The translations under genes were made by a program, and so were the position numbers. A stretch of 64,000 nt of DNA from Deltaproteobacteria bacterium (GTDB lineage: Bacteria; Myxococcota_A; Polyangia; GCA-2747355; JADLHG01). Of this stretch, positions 39,735 through 48,737 are shown one piece after another (the stretch's first letter is position 1; each line of letters starts with the position of its first letter). The DNA is taken from contig JADLHG010000054.1 in assembly GCA_020848905.1 (NCBI GenBank), forward strand, positions 1 through 64,000, read 5' to 3'. Under the pieces are notes generated by a model. That model searched no databases. It had not been told where the DNA came from and saw only the letters and a program-made list of their open reading frames with translations.

Positions 39735-40745
39735 CTACCAGTCCCCGAAGTCGAAGCCCCCGCCGCCGTCTCCGCCGAAGAAGTCCCCCGCCGAGCGTTC
39801 GAAGTCCCCGCCGTCGAGGCCGCCCATCTCGCCGCTCAGGTCGCCGCCCAGGTCGCCGTCGTAGGCCGAGCTCAGCTCCTGGCCGCTCGCGGCCGCCTGC
39901 AGCGAGTCGACGCTCATCGTGTCCGTCGCGCCGAGCGGGAAGCCGGCGTAGTTCACGACCGTGTAGTGCGGCATGAAGGCCCAGGAGAGCATGGAGCTGA
40001 ACATCATCATCGAGAGCAGCCCGGAGAAGGGGCTCGGGTAGTAGCTGTCGTAGGGGTCGTAGCGGTGGTCGGTGGGCGCCACGGCCGGGGGCCGCTGGCC
40101 CTGGCTCGGCTGCTCGACCTTCGCCTCGGCCTCGCGGACGCTGATCTCGGCATCCGCCAGGGTGCCCCGCAGGGCGTCGGCCACGCGGCTCACGAAGGCC
40201 TCGAACTGCGCGCGGTGGGCCTCGAAGATGGCCGGGGTCTTCGTGAGCGGTTCGACCCGCGCGCGGTAGGCCTCGGCCGTCTCGCCGGGGCGGGGCTCGA
40301 AGTCCTTGATGCGGCCGCCGATCACCACGCGGGCCGCGGTCTCGTTGGCGGCGTGCTCGCTGCGCGCCATCACTTCGATGACCGTGTGCAGGCCCGCTTC
40401 CTCGTGCTCCACCACCAGGCGGAGGAGGTCGAAGTTCGTGCCGAAGACGGGCGCGTTGTCGCGGAAGGCGGCCATCAGGTCCGCGAGGTCGTCCGGGTGG
40501 CCCTCCTTGTCCTCGAAGAGCACCTGCTTGTCGATGACCAGCGAGATGGCGTTGGTCGCGCCGAGGCGGGTGAGCGCCTGCCGCGAGCCCTCGACCAGCG
40601 TGGCCGCCTCGAGCGAGGTGCGGACCCGATCCGTGCGCAGGTCGGGCGAGCCGCCGAAGGCCTTCTTCACCTTGTCCCAGAAGCCGGGGTCGCGAAGCAC
40701 CTGCTCGCCGTGAACGCGAATGTCGATCATGCCGTGGAGTTTCAT
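39735..40745 (-). CDS. hypothetical protein with hydrophobic segment and Asp/Gly-rich C-terminal tail
   Basis: 336 aa. C-terminus ...GDLGGDLSGEMGGLDGGDFERSAGDFFGGDGGGGFDFGDW. Confidence 0.45.
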   Translation of the reverse strand: MKLHGMIDIRVHGEQVLRDPGFWDKVKKAFGGSPDLRTDRVRTSLEAATLVEGSRQALTRLGATNAISLVIDKQVLFEDKEGHPDDLADLMAAFRDNAPVFGTNFDLLRLVVEHEEAGLHTVIEVMARSEHAANETAARVVIGGRIKDFEPRPGETAEAYRARVEPLTKTPAIFEAHRAQFEAFVSRVADALRGTLADAEISVREAEAKVEQPSQGQRPPAVAPTDHRYDPYDSYYPSPFSGLLSMMMFSSMLSWAFMPHYTVVNYAGFPLGATDTMSVDSLQAAASGQELSSAYDGDLGGDLSGEMGGLDGGDFERSAGDFFGGDGGGGFDFGDW

Positions 40746-40821
40746 GCTGGAAACTTAGGCTGGATCGGTCGGCGGTGCAACGGGCCGGAAAAAGCGGGCG
40801 AGGGAGGGCCGCGGCGGCGCG

Positions 40822-41640
40822 CTATCGAGACGGCCGCAGGGCGACCGCCGAGAGAGCCCAGGGCTGCGGGGTTCCGGTCTGGCTCCAGCGGAGCTTCAGG
40901 TCGGCAGCTCCCGGCGCGCTGCTCGAGGCGCCTTCGTTGTGCTCCGACTTGACCGACCAGCGGCGGGACTGGCCAGCGCCCGGGGCGAGCTCGGCGTCCT
41001 TGAACTGCGCCGTCACGACGTCCACCGCGAGCTGGCCGGTCTCCGACGGGAGCGGCAGCTCGAGGTCCTTCGCGTCCCCGGTGGCGCCCGCGCCCGTGCC
41101 CACGAAAGGGGTGGCGGGGTCCACGCCGGCCCAGCTCGTCACGCCGATGACGAAGTGCTGCACGCGATCGACCTCGACGCGCAGGGGTTGCTTGCCGCTC
41201 GGTGGCGCGACGAGATACCAGAGCTCCGTGCGCGCATCGGCGCCGGCGCCGTCGTGGCGAAGCTTCTTGAGGGGCGTCCCGGCGTAGGTGACCGAGACGA
41301 CCGTCGCATCTCCCCGGGCCGCGAGACCGAGGAGCAGGAGGCGATTTCCGTCGGTTCCGGTGGTGTGCTCGACGCTGAGCTCCTTCGCCCCGCCCCCCCC
41401 CGGCGGCACCGCGGCCGTGCTCGCGCTGTCGAAGACGATGCCCGTGGGGGGCGTCGGCCCGCGCTGGTCGCCGGAGACGACCTGGCCGTCGGAGGTGGGA
41501 CCCGGGAGCTGGCCGTCGTGGCGCAGGGGGGAGATCGCGCCGTCGAGGGGGCGCGACTTCTTGTTCCCCGCGCACGCGGCGCACAGGAGGCCGCAGACGA
41601 GGACGGGGAGCAGCGGCCGAGAGCGACGAGCCAGCGTCAT
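40822..41640 (-). CDS. lipoprotein, unknown function
   Basis: Lipobox LLCAACAG. ATG overlaps the upstream stop (ATGA). Track ORF extended to 41877. Confidence 0.5.
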   Translation of the reverse strand: MTLARRSRPLLPVLVCGLLCAACAGNKKSRPLDGAISPLRHDGQLPGPTSDGQVVSGDQRGPTPPTGIVFDSASTAAVPPGGGGAKELSVEHTTGTDGNRLLLLGLAARGDATVVSVTYAGTPLKKLRHDGAGADARTELWYLVAPPSGKQPLRVEVDRVQHFVIGVTSWAGVDPATPFVGTGAGATGDAKDLELPLPSETGQLAVDVVTAQFKDAELAPGAGQSRRWSVKSEHNEGASSSAPGAADLKLRWSQTGTPQPWALSAVALRPSR

Positions 41641-41999
41641 CGCCGCCGGCGGAGCCAGAGCGCGAGGGCGAGGAGCGCCGCGGCCGGAAGGAGCGTGCCG
41701 TATGGCGCCCAGTCGTCTCCTGCGCCGCCGTCTCCTGCGCCGCGGCCGAGCGTGCAGCCGCCGCGTTTGCCCGAGCTTTCGCAGGAGAGGCAGGTGCCGA
41801 CGGCGTTCCTCGGCCTGGAGCACAGCTCCGCCGGCTGCCTGACGCATCGGCCGTTCGGGTAGTAGCTCGAGGCGCACGAGTCGCCCTCTCGCTTGCCATC
41901 ACAGACGGCCCAGGGTGCCGGGGCGTTGGCCCGGGCCTCCGAGAAGGCCAGCGCGACCAGACAGATCGGCAGGAGCAACGGGGAAAGCTTCGATCCCAT
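41637..41999 (-). CDS. small Cys-rich secreted protein with MYXO-CTERM-type tail
   Basis: Signal peptide. Ten Cys. C-terminus GGCTLGRGAG...LLPAAALLALALWLRRRR. GGAGAG Shine-Dalgarno. Confidence 0.55.
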   Translation of the reverse strand: MGSKLSPLLLPICLVALAFSEARANAPAPWAVCDGKREGDSCASSYYPNGRCVRQPAELCSRPRNAVGTCLSCESSGKRGGCTLGRGAGDGGAGDDWAPYGTLLPAAALLALALWLRRRR

Positions 42000-42141
42000 G
42001 CGGACTCTCCGGAAGAGCGCGGCGATCATACCAGAGCGCCGCCGGCAGTTGGATTGCAGGATTGACCCGTCCATGGCTTCACAGTTCAGGGTAAGGGAAG
42101 TGGCCGTCGCGGTGGCGACCGGCACCGGAAGGAGACGAACG

Positions 42142-42336
42142 ATGACGAGCGCGAACTTCGGCAAGGAGGCCTGGGTGGAGCTGTTTCACGAGGTAGGCCT
42201 CGACGACGAGGCGATGCACCGCTGGCACGTGGCCTTCGAGAAGAGGTGGCCCGAGGCCCACGGGAGTTTTCTCGCCTGGCTCGGGCTCGGGGAGCCGGAG
42301 GTGGAGCGGATTCGCACCTGGTCCCGGGCGGGGTAA
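42142..42336 (+). CDS. stand-alone 64-aa protein homologous to the C-terminal domain of the adjacent MerR regulator
   Basis: KEAWVELFHEVGLDDEAMHRWHVAFEKRW...EVERIRTWSRAG aligns with residues about 117-175 of the next gene. AAGGAG Shine-Dalgarno. Confidence 0.45.
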   Translation: MTSANFGKEAWVELFHEVGLDDEAMHRWHVAFEKRWPEAHGSFLAWLGLGEPEVERIRTWSRAG

Positions 42337-42351
42337 GCTCGTCGGCGGCGC

Positions 42352-42888
42352 ATGCAGACCATCAGCCAGCTCGCGCGGCGCTTCGGCCTCTCCCGGAGCA
42401 CCCTGCTCCATTATAGCCGCATAGGCCTCCTGCGTCCGGCGCGACGCACCGCCGCGGGTTATCGGCTCTACGGAGAGGCCGATATGCGGCGGCTGGAGGC
42501 GATATGCCGCTATCGGGAGGCGGGGCTCGGGCTGCGCGAAATCCAGCAACTGCTCGACGGCGGAAGCGGCCGCACCGTCGAGCTCCTGGAGCGGCGGCTG
42601 GAGGAGCTGAACGGCGAGATCGCCGCGCTTCGCGAGCAGCAGCGGCTCGTCGTGGCGCTGCTGAAGAACCCGAGCCGGCTCGGGAGCGCGCGGGCCCTGG
42701 ACAAGGCGGCGTGGGTCGCGCTCCTGCGCTCTACCGGCCTCTCCGAGGAGGATATGCGGCGCTGGCACGTCGAGTTCGAGCGCCTCTCCCCCCTCGGACA
42801 CCAGGACTTCCTCGAGTCGCTGGGCATCCCCGCCCCGGAGATCGACGCCATTCGAGGCTGGTCGCGGGCGGCGCGGGCTGGCGGGTAG
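42352..42888 (+). CDS. MerR-family transcriptional regulator
   Basis: N-terminal HTH_MerR (ISQLARRFGLSRSTLLHYSRIGLLRP...GYRLY), coiled-coil dimerisation helix, and C-terminal effector domain. Confidence 0.75.
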   Translation: MQTISQLARRFGLSRSTLLHYSRIGLLRPARRTAAGYRLYGEADMRRLEAICRYREAGLGLREIQQLLDGGSGRTVELLERRLEELNGEIAALREQQRLVVALLKNPSRLGSARALDKAAWVALLRSTGLSEEDMRRWHVEFERLSPLGHQDFLESLGIPAPEIDAIRGWSRAARAGG

Positions 42889-43044
42889 ATCTGCCTCCGG
42901 AGGGGTCGGTGGACGCCAGTTCCGCAGCCCGGCGCCCACGCGGGCCTCGGCCGGACGCGGGGTTGCGTGCGGCACGCCGGGCCCACCTCCTGGCACGGCC
43001 GCTGCACACTCCTCGCCCATCGACCGTCGTCGACCGAGCGTGTC

Positions 43045-44010
43045 ATGCCCCTCAGCCCCGGTCGGCTCCTCCCCTGGCGGGCGCTCGCCGCCTGCTCGGC
43101 CCTCGCCCTGGGCTTGGCCCTGGTCCTGGCCGCCCCGCGGCTCGAGGCGCGGCGCGAGCTCGCAGCTCCGACGGTAGCCTCGCTCGCCGCGCACGCCCTC
43201 GGCTCGGAGGAGTCGCGGCGCCCCGAGAACGCCCGGCGGCTCGCCGATTACAAGAACGCGCTCGGTAGCACGAGCTCTCTCTGGGTCTTCGAGGCGCGCG
43301 ACCATCGGCGGCCGGCGAGCTCCGGTGCGGGCCTTCACAAGGGAGGGCTTTCCCGGTTCGACGAGCAGGTGCTGCTCATGCGCCGCGGGGACCGGCTGCG
43401 CTTCCGTTCCGCCGCGGGGACCACCCGCGAGGTCGTGCTCGGTCGCTTCCTCGGCGCGGGGAACGCCTCGCAGATCTACGCGCTCGAAGGCCAGCCGGAC
43501 CGCGTGCTGCGCGTGCCCCTCGTCGCGGGCGACGCACGCACACGTCTGGCCGATCCCATCGCCTTCGGCCTCGAGCGCCTGGCGCAGTTCACGTCGCCGC
43601 CGAAGGCCCGAGGCGTGCGTCACGCCCGGGTCTTCGAGGCGGGAGAGGGCTACGTGATCCAGGAGCGCATCCCCGGCACCCTCAACGGCCGCACCTTCCT
43701 CGAGGGCCACGCGAAACTCTTCGCGCAGTTCGACGCCGCTCCGCCCACGAAACGCGAGGCGACCGGCCTTTCGCGCTTCTTGCTGTTCACCGAGCTCGGC
43801 TGGCGCTTCCGCATGCTCCCCGGTCGGGTGGGGCAGCTCCTCGCTCGCCGCGAGGCCCTGCAGCGCGCGGTGCTGGCCTCGGAGAGCGTCGAGGTCTATG
43901 CGCATCGCGAGGGCGAGAGTCCGTCCCGACGCGCGGCCAAGCTTCGGCTCGCCGCGCGGCAGTTCCTCTTCGACGAGCGCGCGAAGGAGTGGGTGCTCGT
44001 GGACTGGTAG
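43045..44010 (+). CDS. secreted hypothetical protein (possible atypical kinase-like fold)
   Basis: Signal peptide. Gly-rich loop-like LGRFLGAGNASQIYAL followed by RVLRVPL. Confidence 0.5.
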   Translation: MPLSPGRLLPWRALAACSALALGLALVLAAPRLEARRELAAPTVASLAAHALGSEESRRPENARRLADYKNALGSTSSLWVFEARDHRRPASSGAGLHKGGLSRFDEQVLLMRRGDRLRFRSAAGTTREVVLGRFLGAGNASQIYALEGQPDRVLRVPLVAGDARTRLADPIAFGLERLAQFTSPPKARGVRHARVFEAGEGYVIQERIPGTLNGRTFLEGHAKLFAQFDAAPPTKREATGLSRFLLFTELGWRFRMLPGRVGQLLARREALQRAVLASESVEVYAHREGESPSRRAAKLRLAARQFLFDERAKEWVLVDW

Positions 44011-44061
44011 GGGCGTGCGCGCAGCCCGCGTAGGCCGCGGGAGCGCGGGCGGGCCGAGCCC

Positions 44062-45003
44062 CTAGTCCACGATGCGGTAGCCGCGTCGCGACGGATAGTC
44101 GAAGCGCAGGTAGAGCAGGTCGAGCCGCGGCACGCGCACCTCCTCCTGCGTCTTCTCGATGAGGAGCGAGTAGGGGTCGTGGAGCTGGGTCACCCGTAGC
44201 CCGCCCACGGAGCCGATCCACTCCGCCACCGGCACCTTCCGGCCCCGGGCGTCCTCGAGGCGGGTGTCCGCATCGAAGGTCACGTAGGCGCGGCCCCCCA
44301 CCTTGAGCATCGAGGCGTAGGTCGCGAGCACGCGGTCCAGTCGATCCGAGTAGGCGAAGGCGCCGAAGACGTCGGTGATCACGTCCACCCGGCCGAAGAG
44401 CGCGCGCCGCTTCTGCTCGGGGAGCTGCTCGATGGGCCCTTGCCCGACGTAGCGGAAGCGATGGTGGGGGAGCGCCTGGTAGGCGAGCAGGGAGAGGGCC
44501 TTGAAGAGGTTCCGCGTGGGCAGCGAGAGGCCGACGGCGACGAGGCGGGCCTCGCCCCCGAGCTCGCGGTAGTCGCGCTGCGCGCGAGCGTACCCGGCCC
44601 CCGCGTCGACCCAGACCGCGTCGCGACCGAGCCCGAAGAGATGGGCGCCGAGCGCGGAGCCCTGCTTCACGAGGGCGTTGTTGGCCTTCGAGAGCGGGCC
44701 GCGGAGGCGCCGCGGCGTGCTGCCGTCGAAGGGCCGGAGCCCCGGGATCCCCGCCGGGCTCGAGAACTCGCTCGCGTAGTGGTGGAACCGCCGCTCGAGC
44801 TCCATGTAGCGGTCCTTGCGGGTCCGCTTCAGAACCTGCGCTACCTCCTCGCGGGGCACCTCGGCGGAGGCGACCCCGACGGAGAGGCAGAGCAGCAGGG
44901 TGGCGGCGGCCCAGGGGCTCCCGCGGCGCGCGCACCAGCCGCGCGCGCACCAGCCGCGAGCACCGGGATGGGCCCCGGCACGCGTCGAGACGACGGAGTG
45001 CAT
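44062..45003 (-). CDS. secreted protein with class-I SAM-methyltransferase-like motifs
   Basis: Signal peptide (AAATLLLCLSVGVASA). Motif I-like VWVDAGAGYA. Motif II-like VDVITDVFGAFAY. Track ORF extended to 45813 through a region covered by a better plus-strand gene. Confidence 0.4.
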   Translation of the reverse strand: MHSVVSTRAGAHPGARGWCARGWCARRGSPWAAATLLLCLSVGVASAEVPREEVAQVLKRTRKDRYMELERRFHHYASEFSSPAGIPGLRPFDGSTPRRLRGPLSKANNALVKQGSALGAHLFGLGRDAVWVDAGAGYARAQRDYRELGGEARLVAVGLSLPTRNLFKALSLLAYQALPHHRFRYVGQGPIEQLPEQKRRALFGRVDVITDVFGAFAYSDRLDRVLATYASMLKVGGRAYVTFDADTRLEDARGRKVPVAEWIGSVGGLRVTQLHDPYSLLIEKTQEEVRVPRLDLLYLRFDYPSRRGYRIVD

Positions 45004-45318
45004 GCCGTGCGCCGTTGCAAGGGCCAAACCGCAGGGCAGCGGAGTGCGAGCTCGAGTCCTTTCGGTAGGCTGCGCGTCGGTGGGGGCCGTGCTCCCCCTG
45101 CGGTGTGCTCCGAAAACGCGCGGAGGGTGTGAGATGCGCCGCCAGCCTACGCGGCCCCTCGGGACGTCGGGCGCCCGTCCTGGGAGGCTCCACCCCGATC
45201 GAGGCCCCAAGCCCCAGGGCGGTCCGCGATCCCGCACGCCTTTCCCTCGAAGGATCACCGCCGCGCGTGCCCGGCACGCAACCTGCTCACTGACGGGGTC
45301 CGAACGAGGAGGTGCCTT

Positions 45319-46080
45319 ATGCATTCGCTTGCCCGAGCTGGATTGGCCATCGCCCTGGGCTTCGGTCTTTCGGCGACCCCGTGGCTCGAGAGAGAGGCCC
45401 GCGCCTGCTCCCAGCCCGACACGAACACGAGCGCGGACGGCGTCGCGCCGGGGAAGCCCGGGCAGCAGCCGCCCCTCGAGCCGGCTCCCGGCGGGACGAC
45501 GGGCGACGAGAGCGCGGTCCCGGCCGACGAGCCGGTGGTCTTCAGCTTCAAGACGGGCTACGACACCGACGCCGACCCGAACAAGAGCGCCTACTACGGC
45601 CACCCGCACCGCGCCTACACGCTGGTTACGGTGACCGACCAGACGACGGGCAAGGTCGTCGTCTCGCAGCGCGTGGCGGTCTGGGACTACGACGCGCTGG
45701 CCGCCGGGACCAAGCAGCGCGGGGACGCCTTCGAGCGCGTGGGTCAGCTCACGGTGGCCAAGCTGCCGGCGGGCAAGTACGAGTTCCGCACGCAGGCCGT
45801 CTTTGCCATGCACGACAAGGAGACGGTGGGGCCGGCCTCGACGCGCCTCTTCTCGGCGACGAGCGTGGAGCCCGCGGGCTCGACCGCCACCGGAAGCTCA
45901 GGGCTCGTGCAGGCGCCGACGCCGTCGGGCTCGACGCCGGAGACCCTGCCGTCGCGCGGCGATCACCAGCTCGCGGGCGGCTGCTCCGTCGGCAGCGACG
46001 CGCGCGGCTCGAGCGGCCTGGTCGCGCTCCTCGCTCTGCTCGCGCTGGTCGTGATGCGTCGACGCCGCGCGCCGCGCTAA
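45319..46080 (+). CDS. secreted protein with MYXO-CTERM-type tail
   Basis: Signal peptide. C-terminus GGCSVGSDARGSSGLVALLALLALVVMRRRRAPR. Confidence 0.65.
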   Translation: MHSLARAGLAIALGFGLSATPWLEREARACSQPDTNTSADGVAPGKPGQQPPLEPAPGGTTGDESAVPADEPVVFSFKTGYDTDADPNKSAYYGHPHRAYTLVTVTDQTTGKVVVSQRVAVWDYDALAAGTKQRGDAFERVGQLTVAKLPAGKYEFRTQAVFAMHDKETVGPASTRLFSATSVEPAGSTATGSSGLVQAPTPSGSTPETLPSRGDHQLAGGCSVGSDARGSSGLVALLALLALVVMRRRRAPR

Positions 46081-46121
46081 GGGCTCGCGCCCGAGGCTCG
46101 GGACTGCGCTATGCTGGGAAG

Positions 46122-47423
46122 GTGCGGCGTGGCCACGGGCATCGCGGGAGCTACGGAGCGTCGTTGGCGGCGGCCCTGGCGATCGTCGCGTGTGCCGGGT
46201 GCTCGCGCCTGGGATTCGACCGGACGCGTGGCGCGGCGGACGCCGGCGTGGCAGAGGACGGCCCGGGGTTCGTGACCGACGGATGGAGCCGGGATGGCCT
46301 GGCACTGCATGACGCGACGGCCGGGGCGCGCGACGGGGCGCGCGGGGATGGGGCGGCGGGCGACGGAGCCGGGACCGACGGGAGCCCCTACGGCGGCACG
46401 GCCTGGTGGGACGCGAGACATCCGTACCGCAAACTCCTCACGGTGCCCGCCGGCGCGGTCACCGCGGACCTCCTCGACTTCCCCGTGCTCGTCTCGCTCG
46501 CCGGAGATCCGGACCTTCGCGCGCAGGTCACGGGGCCGAACGATCTGCGCTTCGTCTCCGTGGATGGCGCGGTGGTCTACGAGCACGAGGTCGAGTCCTG
46601 GTCGGCGTCGAGCGGGGCGCTCGTGGCCTGGGTCAAGCTCCCTCGACTGGCCTCTGCTACGGGTGCGCGTTTCTACCTCTACTTCGGTCGCGCCGCGGCG
46701 CCGGCCCCACCCGCGGGCCGCTCCGTCTGGTCAGCGTATCGGCTCGTCTATCACCTCGCCGACCCGATGGGAGGGGCGGTGCGGAACGCCGCGTCCGAGA
46801 TCTTCGACGGGACGGCCACCGGGACCGTCAGCGTCGTGGGGCGCGTCGGGAGCGCGCGCCGCTTCACCAGTCTGGCCGACGGCGTGAGCGTCGCGGGGGC
46901 GAGCGCGCTGGTCTCGGGAGCTCCGCGCTTCAGCCTCTCCTTCTGGCTCTTTCCGGACTACGCAACAGACGGTGCCGTGAGCCCGGCCATGGAGCCGCGC
47001 GTGTTCGAGCAGCTCGGTCCGTGGACGGCGGGCCGGCTGATCCGGTTCGGCTCGACGCCGCCGGGGTGGTTCCTGCTGCAGGTCGACCTCGAGCTCGTGG
47101 GCGGGACCGAGTACGCGCAGGTGCCCGTGCGGCGGGCCGGCTGGACGCACGTGGCGCTCGTATTCGATGGAAACACCGTCCGGACCTATTCGGACGGACA
47201 GCTCGCGAACACCTACGCCGCGGCGGGTAAGCAGGTGCCGGTCGCTCGCGACGAGCACTTGACCCTCGGGCACACCACGTTCGGTCGGCCATCCTTCATC
47301 GGCAGCCTGGACGAGTTCCGTCTCACCCTCGACGCCCGCAGCAGCGCGTGGCTCTCGGCGGAACGCGCGAACGCGAGCGCGCCGCAGACTTTCGTCACGG
47401 TAGGAGCGCTCGAGCAAAAATAG
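46122..47423 (+). CDS. lipoprotein with DUF2341-like and LamG/concanavalin-like domains
   Basis: GTG start giving MRRGHGHRGSYGASLAAALAIVACAGCS (lipobox). Conserved YRKLLTV...LDFPVLVSL...DLRF...WVKLP...FYLYFG pattern, then a Laminin-G-like segment. Start assignment uncertain. Confidence 0.5.
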   Translation: MRRGHGHRGSYGASLAAALAIVACAGCSRLGFDRTRGAADAGVAEDGPGFVTDGWSRDGLALHDATAGARDGARGDGAAGDGAGTDGSPYGGTAWWDARHPYRKLLTVPAGAVTADLLDFPVLVSLAGDPDLRAQVTGPNDLRFVSVDGAVVYEHEVESWSASSGALVAWVKLPRLASATGARFYLYFGRAAAPAPPAGRSVWSAYRLVYHLADPMGGAVRNAASEIFDGTATGTVSVVGRVGSARRFTSLADGVSVAGASALVSGAPRFSLSFWLFPDYATDGAVSPAMEPRVFEQLGPWTAGRLIRFGSTPPGWFLLQVDLELVGGTEYAQVPVRRAGWTHVALVFDGNTVRTYSDGQLANTYAAAGKQVPVARDEHLTLGHTTFGRPSFIGSLDEFRLTLDARSSAWLSAERANASAPQTFVTVGALEQK

Positions 47424-47498
47424 GCTGCGACCCGAGCCTTCGAGCTGGCCCTCCGTGGAAGAGCGGCGTGCAACGCGCCGCGAAGGAGGGTCACCATC

Positions 47499-48728
47499 AT
47501 GCGATCGATTGCCAGCTCCACGCTGCTCTGCGCGCTGCTCCTGACCGGCTGCAGCGACGACTCGTCCGTCGGGTCTTCGGGTGGGGGCGACGCAGGCTCC
47601 GGCGGTGACCAGCGCGTCCGGCGCGAGGACCCGCTCGGGACCTCCGACGCCGGACCCTCACGGGACGGGGGGAGGGGGCGTGCGGACGCTCGCGGGAGGG
47701 CCCTCGACGGCGCCGCACCGGACGGTCGCGCGGCGGCCGGCGATGGCGCGCTTTCAACGGTCACCAACTCGGGCAAGACCTGCACGACGCCGAGCGCCTG
47801 TTCCGGCAGCGAGCAATGCACGAGCCTGCCCGACTGGACGGGAGGGCTCTGCCTCGGGCGCTGCCAGAAGGCGGGCGAGAGCTGCCCTACCGCGGGGCTT
47901 GGTCAGCTCTCGGCCTGCCTCTTCTCCGATGCGGCCGAGACCGACTGGCGCTGCGCGTACGTGTGCGAGCTGAACGGGCAGAAGTACGCCTGCCCCGAGC
48001 CCGCCACGCAGGACTGCGCCGCGTCCTCGCAAGCGGGGCTCAAGCTCTGCCGGCCGAAGGGTGGCGGGAGCTGCACGCCGAGCTGCACGGGCAAGCGCTG
48101 TGGCCCCGACGGCTGCGGCGGCACCTGCGCGCCGGGGTGCGGGAGCGCCGAGACCTGCCAGCCCGAGGGGACCTGCAAGGCGGGGACGGTGGGCGGTGAC
48201 CCGGCCGGGGTGGACCGCACGAGCTGCATGGGCGTCGCGTCGTCGAGCGGCTCGGTGCTCAGCGCCACGCCCAAGGTCACGAGCGGGACCGTGCTCACCG
48301 ATCCGAGCGGAGCGCTGCGCCTCGTGCTGCTCCCCGTGCCCCTCGCCACGGGGAGCCTGACGATAGGCCTCTATTTCTTCCCGATCGCGGGGCAGCTCAG
48401 CTATCCGCCGAACGGAGCCGTGGGGTGCGCCCTGCTGCGCAAGACGGCGAGCGGCTGGTCCACCGTCGACAAGACGCAGCTCTGCGAGCTCACCTTTTCG
48501 GTGCTCAAGCACGCCTCGGCGCCGAAGAGCTGCGACGGCACGCTAGCCGGCGTCTATCGCGGTATATTTACCGGTAATCAGGTTCTGGCCGGAACCTTCT
48601 ATCTGCCGTCCGACGTCGCGGCGAGCCAGATCAAGCAGCCCTCGTGTCGGCCCATGAACAGCATTTGCAAGCAGCATAGCGACTGCTGCAGTCAGTCCTG
48701 CTCTCCGGTGCTGGGGGTCTGTCAGTAG
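47499..48728 (+). CDS. Cys-rich secreted lipoprotein
   Basis: Lipobox LLTGCSDD. Gly/Asp-rich linker. About 30 Cys. GAAGGAGGG Shine-Dalgarno. Confidence 0.65.
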   Translation: MRSIASSTLLCALLLTGCSDDSSVGSSGGGDAGSGGDQRVRREDPLGTSDAGPSRDGGRGRADARGRALDGAAPDGRAAAGDGALSTVTNSGKTCTTPSACSGSEQCTSLPDWTGGLCLGRCQKAGESCPTAGLGQLSACLFSDAAETDWRCAYVCELNGQKYACPEPATQDCAASSQAGLKLCRPKGGGSCTPSCTGKRCGPDGCGGTCAPGCGSAETCQPEGTCKAGTVGGDPAGVDRTSCMGVASSSGSVLSATPKVTSGTVLTDPSGALRLVLLPVPLATGSLTIGLYFFPIAGQLSYPPNGAVGCALLRKTASGWSTVDKTQLCELTFSVLKHASAPKSCDGTLAGVYRGIFTGNQVLAGTFYLPSDVAASQIKQPSCRPMNSICKQHSDCCSQSCSPVLGVCQ

Positions 48729-48737
48729 CGGGCTAAC

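Noticed and set aside
42079-43905. 608-aa minus-strand ORF
   Set aside because: Antisense shadow of the MerR gene and the secreted-protein gene. Low-complexity Arg/Ala/Gly composition and no motifs.
44062-45813. 583-aa version of the secreted methyltransferase-fold gene
   Set aside because: Upstream 270 codons are antisense to neighbouring genes. The signal peptide begins at ATG 45003.
45312-47423. 703-aa plus-strand ORF as one gene
   Set aside because: Its first 270 codons overlap the MYXO-CTERM gene in a different frame. The coding part is the lipoprotein from GTG 46122.
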